From: an uncultured virus (IMG/VR IMGVR_UViG_3300010429_001900)
Lineage: Duplodnaviria; Heunggongvirae; Uroviricota; Caudoviricetes
Virus record (IMG/VR): IMGVR_UViG_3300010429_001900
Strand: one strand, 5' to 3'
DNA: 22,599 bases
Shown: positions 14,091 to 22,599 of the stretch, one piece after another
Layout of the letters: each line of letters opens with the position of its first letter
Position numbering within the stretch: position 1 is the first letter of the stretch
Translations under genes and position numbers: made by a program
Notes under the pieces: model-generated
What the model was told of the DNA's origin: nothing
Database searches by the model: none
Seen by the model: only the letters and a program-made list of their open reading frames with translations

Positions 14091-15245
14091 TCACACCAGC
14101 CTGGCCGCCAGATCCTCGCCGCGCAGAGACGCGTAGCGCAGCGCCATCTGGGTGCTCGTCCAGCCCATGATGCGGCAGATCTCCAGGTCGCTGAAGACCC
14201 ACGCGCCGCGCTCGTCGCGCAGCGTGAACCAGCGGCAGGTCGCCTCGTGGCGCAGGTCGTGCTCGGTGAAGCCATCCACCCCGGCGTAGGCGAACAGCGT
14301 ATGGAAGCGCTGCGACAGCCGCCCGCTGGCTCGGCGCGCGTCCTCCTTGGAGCCATCCCAGTACGGGAACAGCAGCCCGATACGACCCTCGCAGTAGGCC
14401 TGCAGCTGCTCCGCCAGGCCGGGTCGCAGCGGCACCACGCGCGGCCTGGTCTGGCCGCGGGCGCCCTTGCTGCCTTCGATGCGGGCCACGCGGCGCGGCA
14501 GGTCGAGCTGGTCGACGCGCAGCTTGTAGGCCTCCGACAGCCGCATGCCGGTGCCCAGGATCAGGTCGAACAGCATCGCGAAGGGGGTGTCAGCAGGCCA
14601 CGGCCGCTCGCGATCAGGGCGCTTGACGCCTGCCAGCGCGTCGCGCACGCGCGCCTCCTCGTCCGGCAGCAGTCGGCGGTCGCGCGCGAGGTCGCGCCTC
14701 GCCTGCAGCCCGCGCTTGCCCAGCTCGATGACGTCGCGCTGGCTGTACTGGCTGTACCCGGCCGGCATCATGCGCAGCGCATTCGCTCGCGTCTCGGCGC
14801 GGCCCTCCAGGCGCTGGTGCCAGTCGATCACGCGGGCCAGCGCGCCCACGCGCTTGCGGATCGTGCCGGGCGCGAGCTGGCGCCGCTTCAGGCGCATGAC
14901 GTAGTCGTCGCACCACTTGGCGGTGACGCCGCTGACACGCAGGGCCTCGACTTCGCGCTGCTGCAGGATCGATGTCAGCAGCTCGTTGTCGCTGTCGGTC
15001 AGCCCTGGCGCGCCGTCGAGGTAGCCGCGCACCAGGGTTGCGACCAGCGCGTCGTCTGCGCTCTTGGCAGGCTGCGCCAGCAGCTCCGTTGGCACGATGC
15101 CCTGGTCGAGCAGCTCGCGCAGCTGCAGCCCGTAGGCGCGCGCGGCGGCCTCGTCGGCGAATGTGTGGAAGAACGGCCGCGGCAACAAGCGGTGCGTGAC
15201 CCGCAGCTGATGGCCGCCCGAGCGTTTCTGAACACTGATCGCCAT
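14091..15245 (-). CDS. int: Phage tyrosine integrase
   Basis: TGMRLSE (R), SKG (K), EHDLRHEAT (HxxR), IMGWTSTQMALRY (W, Y); GGAGG RBS before ATG 15245; adjacent to a tRNA fragment. Confidence 0.95.
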   Translation of the reverse strand: MAISVQKRSGGHQLRVTHRLLPRPFFHTFADEAAARAYGLQLRELLDQGIVPTELLAQPAKSADDALVATLVRGYLDGAPGLTDSDNELLTSILQQREVEALRVSGVTAKWCDDYVMRLKRRQLAPGTIRKRVGALARVIDWHQRLEGRAETRANALRMMPAGYSQYSQRDVIELGKRGLQARRDLARDRRLLPDEEARVRDALAGVKRPDRERPWPADTPFAMLFDLILGTGMRLSEAYKLRVDQLDLPRRVARIEGSKGARGQTRPRVVPLRPGLAEQLQAYCEGRIGLLFPYWDGSKEDARRASGRLSQRFHTLFAYAGVDGFTEHDLRHEATCRWFTLRDERGAWVFSDLEICRIMGWTSTQMALRYASLRGEDLAARLV

Positions 15246-15281
15246 GACCACCTCCACCCGACTTGACGGACAACCCCTGTC

Positions 15282-15530
15282 CGATTGGGTGGTAGCATGC
15301 TACCGATTTCTGGTAGCGGCGCAAGGATTTTTGCGGACTATTGGGTCAACCGTCCGGAAGTTCCGGAGAGTTGCCAAGCTCTATGTGGTTGATTTACAAG
15401 GAGTTTTCTGGAGGCGCGGAGCGGAGTCGAACCGCTCTGGACGGATTTGCAATCCGGTACGCATAGCTTATCGCCATATAAATCAACGACTTAATATATA
15501 CTCAGTTCATTGCTACTGATTGGGCTACTA
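15282..15530. other. attP region: arm-type repeats, IHF-type sites and tRNA-derived core
   Basis: Repeats TGCTACCGATT (15298-15308) and TGCTACTGATT (15511-15521). Palindromes GGTAGCATGCTACC (15291-15304) and TCCGGAA-G-TTCCGGA (15353-15367). IHF consensus WATCAANNNNTTR matched at 15481-15493, near-match at 15382-15394 (minus). AT-rich. Confidence 0.8.
15409..15456 (-). other. 3' portion of tRNA-Cys(GCA), attP common core (not a complete tRNA)
   Basis: Minus strand CGGA-TTGCAAA-TCCG-TCCAG-AGCGG-TTCGACT-CCGCT-CCGCGCC-T-CCA: anticodon arm, T arm and CCA present; D arm and 5' acceptor strand absent. Confidence 0.9.
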
Positions 15531-15531
15531 C

Positions 15532-16044
15532 ATGACCAACAATGAGCTACGGATGCAGGCCAAGGAGCGACGCTTGACCGCGGAGATGCTGCGTGCGGAG
15601 TTGTGCTTTGACTATGAGGCCGGCGTCTTCTACAGCTACAGGTCCGAGATGACAAGGACGGTGGGCTACAAGACGAGCGACGGCTACACCAACATCAGGC
15701 TGCTGGGTCACACGTACCGCGCCCATCGGCTCGCCTGGCTATACGACAAGGGGCGCTGGCCGCTGGGGCAGATCGACCATGCTGACAGGGACCGCTCGAA
15801 CAACCGGATCGAGAACCTGCGCGAGTGCGACCAGGCATTCAATATGGAGAACCAGGGCAAGGCCCACAAGGACTCGAAGTCCGGCCTGCTTGGCGCCTAC
15901 TTTCACAAGGCAAGGCGCGCCTGGTATTCGCAGATTCGGGTCAACAAGGAACTGCACCACCTGGGGACATTCCAGACGGCCGAGGAGGCGCATGAGGCCT
16001 ACCTCGCGGCAAAGCGCAAGGTGCACAAGGGGTGCGCGATATAG
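15532..16044 (+). CDS. HNH homing endonuclease with C-terminal AP2-like domain
   Basis: YRAHRLAWLY...IDHADRDRSNNRIENLR; SKSGLLGAYF...WYSQIRVN...HLGTFQTAEEAHEAY. Confidence 0.92.
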   Translation: MTNNELRMQAKERRLTAEMLRAELCFDYEAGVFYSYRSEMTRTVGYKTSDGYTNIRLLGHTYRAHRLAWLYDKGRWPLGQIDHADRDRSNNRIENLRECDQAFNMENQGKAHKDSKSGLLGAYFHKARRAWYSQIRVNKELHHLGTFQTAEEAHEAYLAAKRKVHKGCAI

Positions 16045-16106
16045 ATAGATTGATACGCCACCGTTTCCGCTTGCGCCCGCCAGCACCCGGCGCGCAGAAT
16101 CTGCGC

Positions 16107-16265
16107 ATGGCCCTATTCATCTGCCTGCTGTTGTTCGTGGCGTTCTGCGCAGCAGTCATTGTCGCCCCGCAGGCGGCCATCCAGGCGGGCCTGGCGATTG
16201 TCTGGGGCGCGATGGCCCTGGCCGCCATCTCCACCCCGGTGCTGGCCTACCTCCGCGTGATCTGA
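16107..16265 (+). CDS. Small two-helix membrane protein (52 aa)
   Basis: MALFICLLLFVAFCAAVIVAPQAAIQAGLAIVWGAMALAAISTPVLAYLRVI; start uncertain. Confidence 0.5.
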   Translation: MALFICLLLFVAFCAAVIVAPQAAIQAGLAIVWGAMALAAISTPVLAYLRVI

Positions 16266-16295
16266 CCTTCCCGCACCTGAAGCACGGGAAGGTCA
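16263..16295. terminator. Hairpin between convergent genes (possible bidirectional terminator)
   Basis: TGACCTTCCCG-11 nt-CGGGAAGGTCA, a perfect 11-bp stem; no clear U-tract. Confidence 0.55.
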
Positions 16296-16301
16296 AGATC
16301 C

Positions 16302-19300
16302 TCAGTCCGCCTTCAGCTTCTCCACGGCCCGGTTCAGCGCCGCCATCCGCTCGGTGATCTTCGCCTCGATGGCGACGATCTGCTCGCGCGGCGCGCCGGC
16401 CTTGACCAGCTCGCTCTTCTCCTTGCGCAGCTTCTGCACCTGGCGCTCGGCGTGGTTGGCCTGCGTGATCAGGTAGGCCTGCGGGTTCTGCATCTTCAGC
16501 GCCGCCACCTCGGCGGTCTTGCCCTCGCCCTTCAGGCCCTTGATCTCGGTCTCCAGCTCGTTCAGCCGCTCGACGTTGGCGTAGAAGGCGTTGCCCTCGC
16601 TGGCCTGGCTCTTGGCGTTGCCGACGAACCGGCCGACCAGCGGCACCTTGTACAGCGGCACCTCCTCGCCGCGCACCGCGCCCAGGCCGGTCTGCTCCAG
16701 CTTGGTCAGCTCGCGGCCCACGCCGCCCGTCACCTGCGACACCAGGTAGTCGATCTGGTCCGGCGTCGGGCTCAGCACGCCGGCGGTGTGCTTGGTGCCC
16801 CCGCTCAGGTAGTTGATGCCCTCGCTGATCAGCTTGCTCCAGCTCGACGCGGTGTCGCGCGCCAGGGCGTGCCCGGGGGTCGCCTTGTTGCTCGATTCGC
16901 GCGCGATCGGCCGGCCGCTCCAGTCGCGGTTCTCGGTCAGCGCCACCAGCGGGTCCAGCGCCGTCGGCGCCAGCGTCTGCATCGACAAGCCGGCGTTACC
17001 GATCGGGTTGAACGCGTCGGCCAGCGAGCCCAGCAGGCCGATGCCATGCTTGGCGGTGTCCTTGAACCCGCCCAGCGCCCAGGCCGTGGTCACGCGCCCG
17101 ATGTTCGGGATGACGTGCAGGCCCAGCGGCAGCGGGATCGTGACGTAGGTCTTGTTGCCCGTCGGGATGATCAGCGCCCGCTCGCGCGCCCACTCCGGCG
17201 GGTCGTCGTCGCTGAAGCCTGCGGCCGCCAGCGCCAGCGCCTGCATCGAGCCGAGCATCATGCCGCCGTAGACCACCTTCTTGCCCAGCGGCGACAGCCG
17301 CGCCGTCTTCGGCTTGCCAGGCTCCATCTCGAGCAGCACCGACCCCAGCCGGGCCGTGCCCTGCGCCGACGCGTTGAAGAACGCGTACAGCGCGCCGGCC
17401 TGCTGCGCCGCCTGGCCCTTGCGGTTGAAGTTGACCGTCAGGTTCTTCGCTAGGCTGGCCGCGCGCTCCTTGCTCAGGCCGGCATCGAGGGCGGTCTTGT
17501 AGGCCGCCAGGCGTACGCCGTTCTCCATCGCGGTGTTGTAGTCGCTCAGCCAGTCGAAGATCCACTTCGCTCCGCGCTGCGCGGCCGCCAGCGGCACCTT
17601 CAGTGTGCCGTTGGCGGTGAAGATCTTGCCCAGCTTCGAGTCCATCCAGGCGGTCGGGTCGAGCGCGCTCTTGATCGCCTCGGCGCGGTCGTTGCTGGTG
17701 GCGAACAGCTGGCGGAAGCCGGTCTGGCCGCCCACGCTCTGGAACTCCTCCCACAGCTGCGCCCAGGGCGAGCTGGCCGTGCCGCCCTTGCGGGTGGCGC
17801 GCAGGTCGCCGTAGATGCCGCGCAGCGCCGACATCGCTTGCTGCGCCACATCGGCCTTCTTGTCGGCGATCTCGGTCGTGCCCAGGTTGACCAGCGCGCC
17901 CTGCATGTCGCGCACCAGGTTGACCACACCGAACACCGGGTTGTACTGGGTGTTGATGCTGGCGAAGTAGCGCGTCAGCTTGGCGCTGGCGCCGAGCAGG
18001 CCCTCCAGCTGCGCCGCGTCCAGGTTCTTCAGCGACTCGGCCATGCGCATCGCGCGCTCGTTCTTCTCGTTGAAGACCACCGCGCGCTCGTGCACGTTGC
18101 CGTCGGCGTCCGTGATCTTGGTGACCAGCACGTTCGGCCGCTGCTTGTACAGGTTGTCCGGCCGGTCCTCCACCAAGCCGGTCTTCGGGTTGAAGACCTG
18201 CTCGCTGGGGACGTGCGTGTCCACCTGCCAGAACTCGGGGTTCGGGTTCGATGCGGCCAGGCCGAACAGCGCCTGCGACACGCGGTTCTTCTCGCCGCGC
18301 ACGATGGTGCGCTCGCGCTGCATGGCGATGTTGGCCAGGATGTCGACGACCTTGCGCGTCGAGCCGGTGCGGCTCTTGACTTCCTTGCCCTTGATGCTGA
18401 AGCCCTGACCGGTGCCGCCACCGCTGTGGCCACCCTCATCCTCGCGCATCAGCGGCACGTAGTGCTCGAACATGTCCGCCCAGCCCTGGACCTTGGCGCG
18501 CGACTCCAGCTGGTAGTCGACGAGTAGCTCGCGCGTCTTGGCCAGCATGCGGTCGACGTGCGCCGCGGCGGCCTCCAGCTTGCGCAGCTTGGTGGCGTCG
18601 GTCTCGGCGAAGTAGGCCTCGGCGTCCTGGTTCAGCATGCCGGAGCCGCCGTCCTGGATCTCCGGGTTGCGGCGCTTGATGACCTCGTTGGCCTCGCGCG
18701 CGTGGCGGGCGTGCAGGTACTCGTCCAGGTCCGAAATTTGTAGACCTTCTTCGGACATCTGGTCGATCAGCGGCTGCAGCTCGTGGTGCACGAAGTCCTC
18801 GGTGCGCTTGGCGGCGCGGCCGTGGAACAGCTCCTCCTGCAGGTACACGTCCAGGTCGTCGCGCAGCGTGCCGCCGGCGTCCTTCACGGCCTGGAGCACG
18901 CGCTTGGTGTCGACGTGCTTGTCCTGCAGCTTGTAGACGATGTCGTCGAACTTGCTGGCGCCAGGCGAGGCCCAGTGCTCCTGGGCGCTGTTGATCTCGT
19001 CGCGGTCGGCGCTCTTCGTGATGTCCTTGCTGCCCGGGTCGAAGCCGCCGTTGTTGCCGATGGCGGACTTGATCTGCTTGGCGTCAAAGGCAACGATGAT
19101 CTTGCTGCCGGCGATGTCGGCGATCACGCCGTCGTGACCTTGCGCGCGCAGCGTCTCCCACACCAGCCCCTGCGCCTTGCGATAGTTCGTCGCGCGCATG
19201 ATCGACTCAGGCCACTCGGTGTAGACCTTCGGATTCTTGATCGACAGGTAGGCCGGGATGACGCGCGAGGCGCTGTTCTTCGGATTGAACTTGTGCCCGT

Positions 19301-22300
19301 CGTACTCCAGCCCCATGCTGTCGTTCTCTACCGCGTACTGCGAGGCGCCCTCGGCCGAGTCCGTGAACCAGATGCCGTTCTTCGGTGCCCGGAACGACTT
19401 GAAGTCGACGTCGGAGCTGGTGCCGGTGTACACGCGCAGCGGCTCGCCCTGCTCATCAACGACCTTTGAGTCGCCGAACCAGGCTTTGAACTCCGGCGTC
19501 TCGGTCTGCGGGTCGCGCCCGGCGCTGAAGGCCACCCCTTCAGCCCGCCGAGTATCGGCCGGGATCGTGATGGAGTTGCCGCCCTGCTTCCACCCCTTGG
19601 TCGGGTAGTTCTGCGCTGCAGCATCGCCGGGTACAATGACCGTTGTCGCGGTCCGTGCGGGTTGGGCGCCGGGCTTCTGCCCGGTACGAGGCATCGTGCC
19701 TCTGCCTGTAAAGTCCCGTAGGGCCGCGGCTTCTTTGTCGGCCATCCAGACCACGTTGCCTTGGCGCAGCTGGTCCAGCACGTAGCGCATCGACTCGTTG
19801 CGGCCGAACATGCTGCGCACGTCATAGACGTCGCCGCCACCCTCCTTGCTCTGGCGCACCGCCACCAGCAGCGGACGGCCCTGTTCGTCGCGCGCATCCA
19901 GCAGCGCCTGGTGGCGGGTGATCCTCTGGCCGTTGCCGTCGACGTCCTCGTTGCGGATCATCACGCGCGGGTGGGCCATCAGGTCGGCCAGGCGCCCGAT
20001 CATGCCGGCCGTCACCTCCTCGTGGCCCGCGCGGCGCAGGTGCGACACCAGCCGGCGGTCGATGGTCACCGGCAGGCGGCTGTCCAGACCTGCCATCAGC
20101 CAGGCGGGGTGCGGCAGCGAGGGCGAGACCTTCTTGTAGGCGTCGCGCGTGTGCTGGCCGGCCAAGGCCGCCTCGGCCCAGGATTCGAGCGCCGGGTCGT
20201 TGCGGTAGACGCTGAACAGCGGCAGGCCGTCCGCGGCTTTCTCACGCATTGCCGGGGTCACGTCGAAGCCGGGTTGCTTCCCGTAGCTGCGCGTCAGCTC
20301 GCGCGCCGCCTCCATGGATTCCTGCCAGGCCGACTTCGTGCCGTCAGGGTAGACAACGCGCACGCCAGAAGGCCCTCTCTCGAAAGAGAAGCGGCCTTGC
20401 CCGGTCGTGTTCAGCGGCATCGGCGCAAGTGCCCCGCCGCCCACCTTCTTCAGCACGTCGCGCAGCACCTGCGGAACGATCTGGTCGTAGAAGGCGCGCA
20501 TGCCGTGCGCCTCGACCTTTAGCCCGTCGCCGACCAGCTCCCCCTCCGCCGCCGCAAGGATCTTTGCGGCGACCTCTTTCCCGACCACCTCGTCGAGATC
20601 TTTGCCGTGAAACTCGTTGTTGGCGATGATGGCGCCTGTTTCGCGGCTCACGGTCAGGCCGATCGCGTCGCCTTGATGCGGGTAGACGGCGACGGAGCTG
20701 AACCCATCGCCCTCCGGCTCCCACCTGATGCCCTTGAGCTGTTGGTCCAGCGAAAAGCGCTCGGCCGACTGCGCGCCGGTGACGAACGCCACCTTGTCGT
20801 AGCCGCCGTCGACGGCCATCTTGATCACGCGCTTCAGGGCTAGGGCCAGCCATTTGTCGGTCTTGTCCACGAATGGGGCGCGTGGCACGCCGTCGCCTTT
20901 GGCGCGCGCTGCCTGCATTTCGTTGTAGCTCTCGACGGCCTTGCGCATCATGTCGGCGTCGGTGTCCCAAGACTGCAGCGTTCGGCCGCCGGCCCATTCG
21001 CCGTTCTGGTCCCGCATCATCAGCTGGCCGTTCTTGCGTTCGACGGTCCAGCCATCAGGCAGCTTGTCTACCGGCGCGGGCGCGGGCTCCTGGAAACCCT
21101 TCTTCTTCGCGGCCTGACCCCAGTCGCTCTGGATCTCCTCAACGAACAGCACCTTCTTGCCGTCCGTGTCGACGCGATCATTCAGCCGGATGTGGGCGAG
21201 GATGTTGGGCTGGTCCCAGTGGTTGGATTTGTAGGTTGCCGGCTTGTCGGCCTCGTTCTTCTTCTTCGCGCCTACCACCAAACCGCGGAGCATGTCACGC
21301 ACCAGCGGTGTGCCCTTCTTGTAGACGCCACTGCCGACGCGCGCATCGGTCATGCGCAAGGCGTCTTCAACGGAGCCGGCTTCGTCAACATAGCCGATAG
21401 CAGCATCGACCGTCTCGGCAGCGAACCCCATGTCGTCAATGAACTGGCCGCGCTTCTCGCGCATGCGGTCGGCGGTCCACACGAGCGGCTCTGGGCCTGC
21501 CTTCGCCGGCAACGTCAACAACACCTCGCGGTAGTTGGTGCCGCCAGGCAGGGTGTAGTCGCCGTACTTGGTGGGCTTCGCGCTGTCCGGGTACATGTTG
21601 GCGAAGGCTTCGTTCGCGACCTGGATGTAGTCCCGCTCATCAGTGAACCCGTAGTCCTCCTTCAGCTCGGCCCGACTCTGGCTGTGCAGCTCCATCAGGA
21701 AGTCCTGCGCATCGCGCACGGTCTCGAATTCCTGGTGCAGATCTCTGTCGCCCAGCACCACCTCCTCGACCTTCACCCCGTTCTCGCCAACCCACGCGGC
21801 CAGCTCGTCGCGCGACAGCTTGTCCTTGCCGCGCAGCTGCAGGTAGTCCTCGATGCCGGACCAGGTGATCTCGTCCTGCTTCACGCCCATCTTCGCGGCG
21901 TTGGCCTTGAGCCACTGCGCCCACTGTGCGGCGGCCATGTCGCCCAGGCGTGCGGGGGCTTGCTCGATGGCGCTCTGCAGCTGGCTGTACCAGGCGCGCT
22001 CGGTGGACTTGGTGATGTCGGGGTTCGATGCGTCGAACGTGCCCGCGTTGCCCGTCGCCGACTTCAGTTGCCCGGGATCGAAGGCCATGTAGGTGACGGC
22101 GCGGCCGCCGTTGCGCCGGTCCTCGTTGAAGATGGCGCCGTCGTAGCCCAGCTCGCGCAGCGCGTCGACGAATTCGCTCTTGCCGTTGTCGTCCGCGTCG
22201 AAGAGTTCCCAGTGGTTCTGGATGTTGTGGATCATGCGCGTGCTGACGCCGCCCTTCTCCAGGGCCTCCTCATCGACTTCGCTCAAGCCCTCGCGCAGGT

Positions 22301-22598
22301 CCAGCGGCTGCTCGAGCTTCAGGTAGACCTGCATCACGTTCTGGCCGTCACCGCTGCGCAGGTACTCCTGCGAGAAGTCGGCGTCTGGGGTCACGAAGAT
22401 GCCCGCGCGCTTCACCTCAACGTCGCCCAGCAGGCCGTAGTTGTTGGTCGTGGCGCGGCCGCTCTCGAAGCGGCTGATGTCGCCGCGGGTGGAGTGGTAC
22501 ATCACAAGCGGACGGCCCTTGTCGTCGACCGCGTCGCTGTTGCCGAACCAGGCCCAGAAGTTCTTCAGGCCCTGCTTGGTGCCGGAGATCTTCTGGCC
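16302..22598 (-). CDS. Giant polyvalent phage protein (>2090 aa, 5' end outside window): two ART-PolyVal-like modules, EEIQSD-motif domain, MuF-C/PBECR-like module, LPD38-like C-terminus
   Basis: Frame is open to the window edge (KNFWAWFGNSDAVDDKGRPLVMYHST). Second module PEFKAWFGDSKVVDEQGEPLRVYTGT. Both end in QxKSAxGNxGxFD...DITKS. C-terminal KNLTVNFNRKG, LYAFFNASAQG, IPLPLG, ENRDWSGRPI. Confidence 0.88.
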   Translation of the reverse strand, partial: GQKISGTKQGLKNFWAWFGNSDAVDDKGRPLVMYHSTRGDISRFESGRATTNNYGLLGDVEVKRAGIFVTPDADFSQEYLRSGDGQNVMQVYLKLEQPLDLREGLSEVDEEALEKGGVSTRMIHNIQNHWELFDADDNGKSEFVDALRELGYDGAIFNEDRRNGGRAVTYMAFDPGQLKSATGNAGTFDASNPDITKSTERAWYSQLQSAIEQAPARLGDMAAAQWAQWLKANAAKMGVKQDEITWSGIEDYLQLRGKDKLSRDELAAWVGENGVKVEEVVLGDRDLHQEFETVRDAQDFLMELHSQSRAELKEDYGFTDERDYIQVANEAFANMYPDSAKPTKYGDYTLPGGTNYREVLLTLPAKAGPEPLVWTADRMREKRGQFIDDMGFAAETVDAAIGYVDEAGSVEDALRMTDARVGSGVYKKGTPLVRDMLRGLVVGAKKKNEADKPATYKSNHWDQPNILAHIRLNDRVDTDGKKVLFVEEIQSDWGQAAKKKGFQEPAPAPVDKLPDGWTVERKNGQLMMRDQNGEWAGGRTLQSWDTDADMMRKAVESYNEMQAARAKGDGVPRAPFVDKTDKWLALALKRVIKMAVDGGYDKVAFVTGAQSAERFSLDQQLKGIRWEPEGDGFSSVAVYPHQGDAIGLTVSRETGAIIANNEFHGKDLDEVVGKEVAAKILAAAEGELVGDGLKVEAHGMRAFYDQIVPQVLRDVLKKVGGGALAPMPLNTTGQGRFSFERGPSGVRVVYPDGTKSAWQESMEAARELTRSYGKQPGFDVTPAMREKAADGLPLFSVYRNDPALESWAEAALAGQHTRDAYKKVSPSLPHPAWLMAGLDSRLPVTIDRRLVSHLRRAGHEEVTAGMIGRLADLMAHPRVMIRNEDVDGNGQRITRHQALLDARDEQGRPLLVAVRQSKEGGGDVYDVRSMFGRNESMRYVLDQLRQGNVVWMADKEAAALRDFTGRGTMPRTGQKPGAQPARTATTVIVPGDAAAQNYPTKGWKQGGNSITIPADTRRAEGVAFSAGRDPQTETPEFKAWFGDSKVVDEQGEPLRVYTGTSSDVDFKSFRAPKNGIWFTDSAEGASQYAVENDSMGLEYDGHKFNPKNSASRVIPAYLSIKNPKVYTEWPESIMRATNYRKAQGLVWETLRAQGHDGVIADIAGSKIIVAFDAKQIKSAIGNNGGFDPGSKDITKSADRDEINSAQEHWASPGASKFDDIVYKLQDKHVDTKRVLQAVKDAGGTLRDDLDVYLQEELFHGRAAKRTEDFVHHELQPLIDQMSEEGLQISDLDEYLHARHAREANEVIKRRNPEIQDGGSGMLNQDAEAYFAETDATKLRKLEAAAAHVDRMLAKTRELLVDYQLESRAKVQGWADMFEHYVPLMREDEGGHSGGGTGQGFSIKGKEVKSRTGSTRKVVDILANIAMQRERTIVRGEKNRVSQALFGLAASNPNPEFWQVDTHVPSEQVFNPKTGLVEDRPDNLYKQRPNVLVTKITDADGNVHERAVVFNEKNERAMRMAESLKNLDAAQLEGLLGASAKLTRYFASINTQYNPVFGVVNLVRDMQGALVNLGTTEIADKKADVAQQAMSALRGIYGDLRATRKGGTASSPWAQLWEEFQSVGGQTGFRQLFATSNDRAEAIKSALDPTAWMDSKLGKIFTANGTLKVPLAAAQRGAKWIFDWLSDYNTAMENGVRLAAYKTALDAGLSKERAASLAKNLTVNFNRKGQAAQQAGALYAFFNASAQGTARLGSVLLEMEPGKPKTARLSPLGKKVVYGGMMLGSMQALALAAAGFSDDDPPEWARERALIIPTGNKTYVTIPLPLGLHVIPNIGRVTTAWALGGFKDTAKHGIGLLGSLADAFNPIGNAGLSMQTLAPTALDPLVALTENRDWSGRPIARESSNKATPGHALARDTASSWSKLISEGINYLSGGTKHTAGVLSPTPDQIDYLVSQVTGGVGRELTKLEQTGLGAVRGEEVPLYKVPLVGRFVGNAKSQASEGNAFYANVERLNELETEIKGLKGEGKTAEVAALKMQNPQAYLITQANHAERQVQKLRKEKSELVKAGAPREQIVAIEAKITERMAALNRAVEKLKAD

Positions 22599-22599
22599 G

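Larger units (their letters stand above)
1..22599. mobile_element. Temperate tailed phage genome segment (early/recombination region, integration module with attP, end of virion-protein region)
   Basis: RecT, YqaJ exonuclease, RdgC, SSB, homing endonucleases, excisionase-like HTH, tyrosine integrase beside a partial tRNA, and a giant LPD38-type protein. Dense ATGA/GTGA overlapping operon. No host housekeeping genes. Confidence 0.95.

Noticed and set aside
14091..15245. Integrase as an integron integrase (IntI)
   Set aside because: The region between the VPL patch and HDLRH is short and lacks the IntI-specific insertion. The gene is paired with a tRNA-derived attP and an excisionase-like gene.
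15409..15480. Complete tRNA-Cys gene
   Set aside because: The upstream GGCGATAAGCTATGCG cannot supply the GGCGCGG acceptor strand or a D arm; only the 3' part is present.
29..22092. Many long alternative-frame ORFs (e.g. 29-760, 8823-10238, 14247-15266, 16452-17453)
   Set aside because: R/A/P-rich shadow frames of high-GC coding DNA that overlap better-supported genes.

Overview
The whole window is part of a high-GC temperate tailed-phage genome. The host is inferred to be a betaproteobacterium (Burkholderiales-like) from the SSB sequence, the tRNA-Cys fragment and the GC level. From 1 to about 12.3 kb a + strand early region encodes a RecT/YqaJ/RdgC/SSB recombination module, three all-alpha NTP pyrophosphatase-type genes, a ParB-like protein, several free-standing homing endonucleases and an excisionase-like HTH protein. 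A tyrosine integrase (- strand, 14091-15245) is followed by an attP-like region containing the 3' part of tRNA-Cys and IHF-type sites. Phage genes lie on both sides, so this looks like the excised or virion form. The right end is the 3' part of a giant polyvalent, probably virion-injected protein (two ART-like modules, LPD38-like C-terminus). The most unusual feature lies between the excisionase-like gene and the integrase (12.69-14.08 kb): an integron-like array on the - strand with an attI1-like site, two complete attC sites and one truncated attC. These delimit three gene cassettes whose ends are complementary. The cassette ORFs are phage-type genes lying antisense to the attC orientation, and there is no IntI in the window. 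My inference is a phage-borne cassette platform that borrows a host integron integrase. All family assignments come from motif recognition by eye, not database searches.
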